Shown here piece by piece: positions 25,910 through 32,000 of a DNA stretch of 32,000 nt. Source of the stretch: Nitrosopumilus sp. Its GTDB lineage: Archaea > Thermoproteota > Nitrososphaeria > Nitrososphaerales > Nitrosopumilaceae. The notes below the pieces were generated by a model. The model saw only the letters and a list, made by a program, of their open reading frames with translations. It did no database searches and had not been told where the DNA came from. The stretch is taken from contig OY759726.1 of NCBI GenBank assembly GCA_963662625.1, forward strand, positions 1,179,867-1,211,866, given 5' to 3'. The first letter of the stretch is position 1. Each line of letters starts with the position of its first letter. Both the position numbers and the translations under genes were made by a program.

Positions 25910-26739
25910 TGCGGGTTAGGACGCCGGCGGTGGCCGGGATGTTCTACCCGGGGGAAAGAGGCGAACTGGAGCGGTCCATCCGCGGGTGCTTCCTGCACAG
26001 GCTGGGGCCTGGCAGTGCCCCCGGGCCGCGCACCCGCAAGATTTTCGGCGCGGTATGCCCGCACGCGGGATACGCGTACTCCGGGCCGGTGGCAAGCCAC
26101 GCCTTCCGCGCGATCTCCCCGGACGTCCCGGAGCTGTTCGTCATAGTGGGCCCCAACCACTGGGGGATCGGGCGCGACCTGGCAACCATGATGGACTGCG
26201 CGTGGAGGACGCCGCTGGGAGACGTCGAGGTGGACTCGGAGGCGGCCGGGGAGATCTCCGAGTCGTCCGGCGTGGTGGACGTGGACTATTTTTCCCACGC
26301 GCGGGAGCACAGCATAGAGGTGCAGCTGCCCATGATCCAGGACATGGCGCGCGACCCCAAGATCGTCCCCATATCGATGATCAGCCAGGACAGGGATTCT
26401 GCAAGCGCCGTGGGCCTGGCAATCGCGGGCGCGGCAGCGGCAAGGGATGCCGTGGTGATAGGATCGTCGGACTTTACGCATTATGAGCCAAACGACCTGG
26501 CGTACGAGCAGGACACGGCGCTGATCGATCCGATCCTGAGGCTGGACGTCGGCGGGTTTTACCGCGTCCTGGGCGACAGGAAGGTCAGCGCCTGCGGCTA
26601 CGGCGCGATCGCCTCCACCATGGTAGCGTGCAAGAAGCTCGGGGCGACCCGGGGGGATCTGCTGAAATACGCCACGAGCGGAGACGTCACGGGGGACATG
26701 AGTTCGGTAGTGGGATACGGGTCCATAGTGTTCACTTGA
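25906..26739 (+). CDS. amrB: MEMO1 family / AmmeMemoRadiSam system protein B
   Basis: RTPAVAGMFYPGERGEL, VCPHAGYAYSGPVASHAF, IVGPNHWG, EHSIEVQLPMIQ, VIGSSDFTHYEP. Confidence 0.92.
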   Translation: MMRVRTPAVAGMFYPGERGELERSIRGCFLHRLGPGSAPGPRTRKIFGAVCPHAGYAYSGPVASHAFRAISPDVPELFVIVGPNHWGIGRDLATMMDCAWRTPLGDVEVDSEAAGEISESSGVVDVDYFSHAREHSIEVQLPMIQDMARDPKIVPISMISQDRDSASAVGLAIAGAAAARDAVVIGSSDFTHYEPNDLAYEQDTALIDPILRLDVGGFYRVLGDRKVSACGYGAIASTMVACKKLGATRGDLLKYATSGDVTGDMSSVVGYGSIVFT

Positions 26740-27683
26740 GATCCAAGGCGTCGGCGCCCGGAAAGGTGATCCTGTTCGGGGAGCATTTCGTGGTGTACGG
26801 CGTCCAGGCGGTGCTGTGCGCGATAGACAGGCGGATCACGGTCTCCGCCGAGACGACCCCCGGAGGCACGGTATCGATCAGGTCGGGCGTCGGCACGCTC
26901 TCGGCCGGCCCCGCGACGGGCTTGGGGGACGTGGACCCGCCGCTGCGGCCCCTGTTTTACCTGGCAAGGAGGATCTCAGAGGAGCACGGCCACGGAGGGG
27001 GCGTTTCGCTGGACGTAGAGTCAGAGCTCCCGCCAGGGGCGGGCCTGGGATCGTCGTCGGCCGCCTGCGTGGCGGGCGCGGCGGCGGTATCGGGGCTGTT
27101 CGGGGAGCCCGACAGGGAGGAGGTGCTGGGGCTGGCAATCGAGGCGGAGAGGACCGCCTACCCTGCCTCTTCTGGCGCGGACTGCACGGTGTGCACGCAC
27201 GGCGGGATCATGAGGTATTCCCGGGAGGGCGGGTTCTCGAGGGTGGTGCCGGCGCCGGGCTTCAGGCTGGTCGTCGCGAGCTCGGGCGCGGAACACTCCA
27301 CGGCAGACATGGTGTCGGCCGTGAGGGGGTTCAGGGAGAGGAACGCGGAGCGGTTCTCGGAGATGTGCGGCGCCGAGGGCAGGCTGGTGGAGTCTGCGCT
27401 GCGCCTGATCGCGGAGAACGACCTGGCTGGGCTGGGAAGGTGCGTGACGGAGAACCAGGGGATGCTCGAGGAGATGGGCGTCTCAAGCGAGAGGCTGGGG
27501 GAGATGGTGGCAGTCGCAAACGAGACGTCGTTTGGCGGCAAGATAACCGGCGCCGGGGGAGGCGGGTGCATATTCGCGCTAAGCGACGAGGCAGGCGTGC
27601 GGGACGCCGTCAGGGGGTTCCGGGAAAGGGGGATAGACTGCTTTCCCACGGGGATCGACTTTGACGGACTGAATACTTTTTAA
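26736..27683 (+). CDS. mvk: Mevalonate kinase (GHMP family)
   Basis: SAPGKVILFGEHFVVYGVQAVLCAIDRR, LPPGAGLGSSSAACVAGAAA, GGKITGAGGGGCIFAL. Start taken as TTG 26736 overlapping the amrB stop (inferred). Confidence 0.93.
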   Translation: MRSKASAPGKVILFGEHFVVYGVQAVLCAIDRRITVSAETTPGGTVSIRSGVGTLSAGPATGLGDVDPPLRPLFYLARRISEEHGHGGGVSLDVESELPPGAGLGSSSAACVAGAAAVSGLFGEPDREEVLGLAIEAERTAYPASSGADCTVCTHGGIMRYSREGGFSRVVPAPGFRLVVASSGAEHSTADMVSAVRGFRERNAERFSEMCGAEGRLVESALRLIAENDLAGLGRCVTENQGMLEEMGVSSERLGEMVAVANETSFGGKITGAGGGGCIFALSDEAGVRDAVRGFRERGIDCFPTGIDFDGLNTF

Positions 27684-27706
27684 TTGACTCGGTATTTCTG
27701 GACAAC

Positions 27707-28459
27707 ATGATCCTGCTGAAACTGGGGGGCTCGGTCATCACAAACAAGGCCAGGCCCCTCTCGCCGAGGAGGAAGGCCGTGGACGGGCTGGCCTGGTGCC
27801 TGGGGAGGATCGGCGAGCCGGTGGTAGTGGTACACGGAGGGGGCTCCTACGGGCACCACTGGTCCGTGAAATACGACATGCACACGAAGCCAAAGAAATA
27901 CGCCGCGAGGGGGGTGGCAGTGGTGAAGACCTCCATGGTGGAGCTCAACAGGATCGTCCTGAACGCCATGCTGAGGAACGGCCTGAACCCGTACTGCCTC
28001 CCGCCGACCGACTTCATGCACGGCGGAACGCCGGTGGAGGAAAAGATCAGGGAGATCGGGAGGATCGCCAGGTCCGGCCTGATCCCAGTGACGTTCGGGG
28101 ACGCGCTGTGGCACGGCCGGAACAGGACGTACATACTGTCGGGGGACAGGATCATGACCCACCTGGCCGGGGTCCTGAAGCCGAGGCTGTGCGTCTTCGC
28201 GCTGAACGAGGACGGCCTGTACGACGATCTCGGCTCGAAGAGGCTGGTCCGGGAGTTCAGGGGAGGGGGGCACACGGCCCGGGAGAGCCCGGCGGACGTG
28301 ACGGGGGGGATGGCGCGCAAGGTGGAGGAGGCCACCCGGATCTCGGGGGGCGGCACCAAGGTGTTCTTCGCCAACGGGTTCAGGCCGGAAAGGATCGTGA
28401 ATGCAGTTAAAAACAACAGGTTTGAGGGAACCTTGTTCAGGGGAATGAGGCATGGCTGA
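27707..28459 (+). CDS. ipk: Isopentenyl phosphate kinase
   Basis: MILLKLGGSVITNK, VVVVHGGGSYGHHW, GLIPVTFGDALW, ILSGDRIMTHLAG, DVTGGMARKVEEA. Confidence 0.93.
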   Translation: MILLKLGGSVITNKARPLSPRRKAVDGLAWCLGRIGEPVVVVHGGGSYGHHWSVKYDMHTKPKKYAARGVAVVKTSMVELNRIVLNAMLRNGLNPYCLPPTDFMHGGTPVEEKIREIGRIARSGLIPVTFGDALWHGRNRTYILSGDRIMTHLAGVLKPRLCVFALNEDGLYDDLGSKRLVREFRGGGHTARESPADVTGGMARKVEEATRISGGGTKVFFANGFRPERIVNAVKNNRFEGTLFRGMRHG

Positions 28460-29093
28460 GGAATACGTCATACTGGTCGACGAGGACGACAACCCCGTGG
28501 GGCTGGAGGAGAAGGTGAGGTGCCACCTGCCCGACGGCAAGCTGCACCGGGCGTTCACCGCGCTGATCTTCGACGGGGACGGCAACCTGCTGCTGACCCG
28601 GAGGGCCAGAGAGAAGATGTTGTGGCCCGGGGACTGGGACGGGACGGTGGCCAGCCACCCGAGGGAGTCCGAGACGTACGCCTCCTCGGCCGAAAGGAGG
28701 CTACCGGAGGAGCTGGGAATCTCGTGCCCCATGGACTACCTGATGAAGTTCGAGTACCACGCGCCGTACGGGGACGTGGGCTCCGAAAACGAGATCTGCG
28801 GCACGCTGATTGGCGTGGTGGGGGACGGCACGCGGGTCATGCCCGTCCGGGGGGAGATAGACGAGACCCGGTGGGTCTCGGCCCCCACGCTGGCGCGGGA
28901 ATTGGAGGCGGCCCCGCGGGACTACTGCCCGTGGATGCTGATCGCGCTGGCCCTGCTCGGCAAGTCGGAGGGCGGGGCGCTGGAAAGGCACGAGGGCGTC
29001 CTGCGCCAATGGCTGGACAGCGTCGTGGCCGACGCGCTTCCCGGGGCGATACGCTCGCACCTGCCGGACGACCGGTGGAGGATCGCCCGATGA
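28452..29093 (+). CDS. idi: Isopentenyl-diphosphate delta-isomerase type 1 (Nudix)
   Basis: LHRAFTALIFDGDGNLLLTRRAREKMLWPGDWDGTVASHPRESETYASSAERRLPEELGI, YHAPYGDVGSENEICGTLIGV. Confidence 0.93.
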   Translation: MAEEYVILVDEDDNPVGLEEKVRCHLPDGKLHRAFTALIFDGDGNLLLTRRAREKMLWPGDWDGTVASHPRESETYASSAERRLPEELGISCPMDYLMKFEYHAPYGDVGSENEICGTLIGVVGDGTRVMPVRGEIDETRWVSAPTLARELEAAPRDYCPWMLIALALLGKSEGGALERHEGVLRQWLDSVVADALPGAIRSHLPDDRWRIAR

Positions 29094-30070
29094 GCGGGAC
29101 CGGGGGGATCCGGGATAACGCAAGGGCGGTGAACCGGTACCTCGGCGAGACGCTGAGCGGGAGCCCGAGGGAGCTTTACGACGCGGCTGGCCACCTCATC
29201 GCGAACGGCGGGAAGAGGCTTAGGCCGTACATGGTAGTCAAGAGCTGCCAGATCCTGGGCGGAAGGAAGTCGGACGCGATGCCCGCCGCCGGCGCAGTCG
29301 AGATGGTTCACAACTTCACGCTGGTCCACGACGACATCATGGACAACGACGACGTGCGGCACGGGGTCCCGACGGTGCACAGGAAGTTCGGGATGCCGGT
29401 GGCGATACTTGCAGGGGACGTCCTGTTCTCGAAGGCCTACCGGGACATCGCGGGATCCGGCCTGCCCGCGGAGGCGGTCGTGCGGCTGGTCGCCAGGCTG
29501 GCCGCAGCCTGCGTGGACGTCTGCGAGGGCCAGCTGCTGGACATCAGGATGGCCGACGAAAAAAAACTCCCCTCGCAGCGGCGGTACGTCACCATGGTCC
29601 GCAAGAAGACCGCGGCCCTGTTCGAGGTGTCCTGCTCCATGGGGGCGATCTGCGCGGCGGGAAGCCCGCGGGACGTGGGGAACATGGCCTCGTTCGGGAG
29701 GAACCTGGGGATAGCATTCCAGATCACCGACGACCTCATCGGGGTGATGGGGGACCCGAAGATCACGAAAAAACCCGTCGGCAACGACATCCGCGAGGGG
29801 AAAAAATCGCTCCCGATCCTCATGGCGGTGAGGCGGTCAGGCGGCAAGGACAGGGAGGCCATACTGGGGGCGTTTGGCAACCCGGGCGCGTCGCAGGACG
29901 AGCTCGAGAGGGCGGTGGGGGCCATACGCAGGCTGGGCATCGAGCAGGACGTGAGGGACGAGGCGCTAAAGTACGCCTCCAAGGCCGAAGGGTCGCTGGC
30001 GGGGTACTCCGGCCCGGCAAGGGACGGCCTGGCGGCGCTGCTGGATTTCGTGGTAAGAAGGAGCCTGTGA
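29090..30070 (+). CDS. idsA: Short-chain polyprenyl (geranylgeranyl/farnesyl) diphosphate synthase
   Basis: GGKRLRPYMVV, LVHDDIMDNDDVRHG (first Asp-rich motif), FQITDDLIGVMGD (second); ATGA overlap with idi. Confidence 0.95.
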   Translation: MSGTGGIRDNARAVNRYLGETLSGSPRELYDAAGHLIANGGKRLRPYMVVKSCQILGGRKSDAMPAAGAVEMVHNFTLVHDDIMDNDDVRHGVPTVHRKFGMPVAILAGDVLFSKAYRDIAGSGLPAEAVVRLVARLAAACVDVCEGQLLDIRMADEKKLPSQRRYVTMVRKKTAALFEVSCSMGAICAAGSPRDVGNMASFGRNLGIAFQITDDLIGVMGDPKITKKPVGNDIREGKKSLPILMAVRRSGGKDREAILGAFGNPGASQDELERAVGAIRRLGIEQDVRDEALKYASKAEGSLAGYSGPARDGLAALLDFVVRRSL

Positions 30071-30071
30071 C

Positions 30072-31781
30072 TTGGACGCAGGACTCGGGGATGAGATCAG
30101 GAAACTGGCGCTGCAAAACGCGTTCGAGCACGGGGGGCAGACCCGCGACAAGATCGTCTTGGCAAAGGTGCTGGGCGCCCGGCCGGATCTCAGGGGCAGG
30201 GCGAGGGAGATCGCCGGGCAGATCTCCGGGGTGGTCTCGGAGGTCAACGCGATCCCGGTAGCGGAGCAGGGCAGGGAGCTCGAGGAAAGGTTCCCTGGCC
30301 TCCTGGCCCCCAAGGAAAGGGCCCCGGAGCGGGAGGGGCTGCCCCCGCTGCCCGGCGCGGAGCACGGCAAGGTGGTCACGCGGTTTCCCCCCGAGCCAAA
30401 CGGGTACCCCCACATAGGGCACGCAAAGGCCGCGATCATCAACGCCGAGTACGCGAGGATGTACGGCGGCAGGTGCATCCTGAGGATCGACGACACCAAC
30501 CCCGAGGCGGAGAGGATGGAGTACCACGCGGCCATAAAGGTGGGCCTGGACTGGCTCGGGGTGGAGTTTGACACCGTAAAGAGCACGTCTGACGACATGG
30601 ACCTGCTCCATGAAAAGGGCCAGGAACTCATACGGTCCGGAAAGGCGTACGTGTGCACGTGCAAGAGGAAGGACATCAGCCGGAACCGGAGGGAGAGAAA
30701 GGCCTGCAAGTGCAGCGGGGGGGCCGTCGAGCGAAACGAGGACGGGTGGGAGAAGATGTTCCAGAAGTTCAGGCCGGAGGAGGCCGTAGTGAGGTTCCGC
30801 GGCGACATGGGGTCGGACAACGCGGTCATGAGGGATCCCGTGCTGTTCAGGATAATCGACGAAAAGCACTACGTGCTAGGGAACAAGTACCGGGTCTGGC
30901 CAAGCTACGACCTCGCGGTGGCGGTCGAGGACAGCGCGGACGGCGTCACGCACGCCTTCCGCTCGAAGGAGTTCGAGCTGAGGGGGGAGCTGATCGAGGC
31001 CATCCTGGACGCGCTGGGCATGAGAAAGCCTGCCCAGGGGTTCTTTTCCCGGCTGGAGTTCGAGGGGATGCCAGTCTCCAAGAGGATCCTGAGGCCCCTG
31101 ATCGAGGAAGGCAGGGTGTCGTGGTATGACGACCCCAGGCTGCCCACGCTGGAGGCCATGAAGCGGAGGGGAATCAGGCCCGGGGCGGTGAGGAAGTTCG
31201 TCCTGTCGCTGGGGATGACCAAGGCGGACACCCTGGCGCCGTTTGGCGCGCTGGAGGCGTTCAACCGGAGGCTCGTGGACGCGGACAGCATCCGGCTGCA
31301 CATGGTGGCCAGCCCCTCCAGGATCGCGGTAAGGGGCATGCCCGCGCCCTTCGTGGACCTGCCCAACCACCCCTCCGGGGGGATGGGGACGAGGAGGGTG
31401 GAGGTCGGGGAAGGCCTCCTCGTAGCCGGCCCCGACGCGGAAAACCTGCGCGCCGGCTCGCGCGTCAGGCTCCTGGGGCTCGGCAACGTCAAGATCACAA
31501 AGGCCGGCGGCGGGCTAGAGGGGGATTTCGAGGGGGACGGCGCGCCGGGAGACATCCCGAAGATCCAGTGGGTCCCGGAGGGCGGCGCGCACGGGCTGAC
31601 GATCCTCGTCCCGCGCCCGCTCTTTGCCGGCGGCGAATTCGACGCGGACAGCCTGGAGGAGCTAAAGGTATATACGGAGCCGCACTACTTGCAGCTAAAA
31701 GAAGGGGAAGCGATTCAATTTGTCAGGTTCGGCTACTGCAGGAAGGATTCTCAGAACCGGGCGGTATTCACGCACAAGTGA
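30072..31781 (+). CDS. gltX: Glutamyl-tRNA synthetase
   Basis: TRFPPEPNGYPHIGHAKAAIINAEYAR (HIGH motif), LRIDDTNPEAERMEY, PVSKRILRPLIEEG (KMSKS-like region), archaeal-type beta-barrel domain. Confidence 0.97.
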   Translation: MDAGLGDEIRKLALQNAFEHGGQTRDKIVLAKVLGARPDLRGRAREIAGQISGVVSEVNAIPVAEQGRELEERFPGLLAPKERAPEREGLPPLPGAEHGKVVTRFPPEPNGYPHIGHAKAAIINAEYARMYGGRCILRIDDTNPEAERMEYHAAIKVGLDWLGVEFDTVKSTSDDMDLLHEKGQELIRSGKAYVCTCKRKDISRNRRERKACKCSGGAVERNEDGWEKMFQKFRPEEAVVRFRGDMGSDNAVMRDPVLFRIIDEKHYVLGNKYRVWPSYDLAVAVEDSADGVTHAFRSKEFELRGELIEAILDALGMRKPAQGFFSRLEFEGMPVSKRILRPLIEEGRVSWYDDPRLPTLEAMKRRGIRPGAVRKFVLSLGMTKADTLAPFGALEAFNRRLVDADSIRLHMVASPSRIAVRGMPAPFVDLPNHPSGGMGTRRVEVGEGLLVAGPDAENLRAGSRVRLLGLGNVKITKAGGGLEGDFEGDGAPGDIPKIQWVPEGGAHGLTILVPRPLFAGGEFDADSLEELKVYTEPHYLQLKEGEAIQFVRFGYCRKDSQNRAVFTHK

Positions 31782-31790
31782 GTGGGCGCC

Positions 31791-32000
31791 ATGAGGATAG
31801 CGAGGGTCTCCAAAAACGGCAAGGAGACGTACGGGCTGGTAAGGGACGGCATGCTTGCCACCAAGGACGACATCACGTACAAGACGGGCGTGCCGATACC
31901 GCGCAGCGTCAAGGACTTTCTGTTCGACGGGTGGTACGACGAGATCAAGGACAAGCTGGAGGGCCTCCGGTACGGCACGGACGTCTCAAGCTGCAGGCTG
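31791..32000 (+). CDS. N-terminal part of a fumarylacetoacetate hydrolase-family protein (truncated by window end)
   Basis: Reading from ATG 31791: MRIARVSKNGKETYGLVRDGMLATKDDITYKTGVPIPRSVKDFLFDGWYDEIKDKLEGLRYGTDVSSCRL; open to window end. Confidence 0.55.
   Translation, partial: MRIARVSKNGKETYGLVRDGMLATKDDITYKTGVPIPRSVKDFLFDGWYDEIKDKLEGLRYGTDVSSCRL

Overview
High-GC archaeal chromosomal window. The gene set points to an ammonia-oxidising Thaumarchaeota/Nitrososphaerota genome, possibly Cenarchaeum-like; this is inference, with no database search. It is mostly densely packed housekeeping genes: SAM methyltransferase (partial), tRNA-Glu, TenA/PqqC-like, tRNA-Met, malate dehydrogenase, LarB, B12-binding radical SAM, rps13-rps4, glmS, CobT-like, MBL hydrolase, NAD(P)HX epimerase, translin-like, tRNA-Leu, rpoN, enolase, rps2, AmrB/MEMO, mevalonate kinase, isopentenyl phosphate kinase, IDI-1, prenyl diphosphate synthase, gltX and a partial FAH-family protein. 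A surface/metal block lies between about 6.2 and 14.1 kb: a repeat-bearing secreted protein, an S-layer-like protein, a ZIP transporter and a multicopper oxidase. The most striking region is 14.39-17.12 kb, a nested transposon. An IS110-family element (14428..15830) sits inside the left terminal inverted repeat of an IS5/IS4-like element flanked by the perfect 8-bp repeat ATGCCTAA. Removing the IS110 element plus one TG core restores TAGTCTGTTGCACAACT, the exact reverse complement of the right end. The leader before the IS110 transposase folds on paper into two hairpins. Each has a 3'-side loop containing a 7-nt match to a left half-site plus the TG core (TCTGTTG for the target, ATAGGTG for the donor), so it is a strong candidate bridge/seekRNA. 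Other notable items are 18 perfect 24-bp repeats extending ribosomal protein S4, a 22-bp palindromic operator candidate at the multicopper oxidase promoter, a frameshifted exported-protein pseudogene and a missed Cys-rich small ORF.
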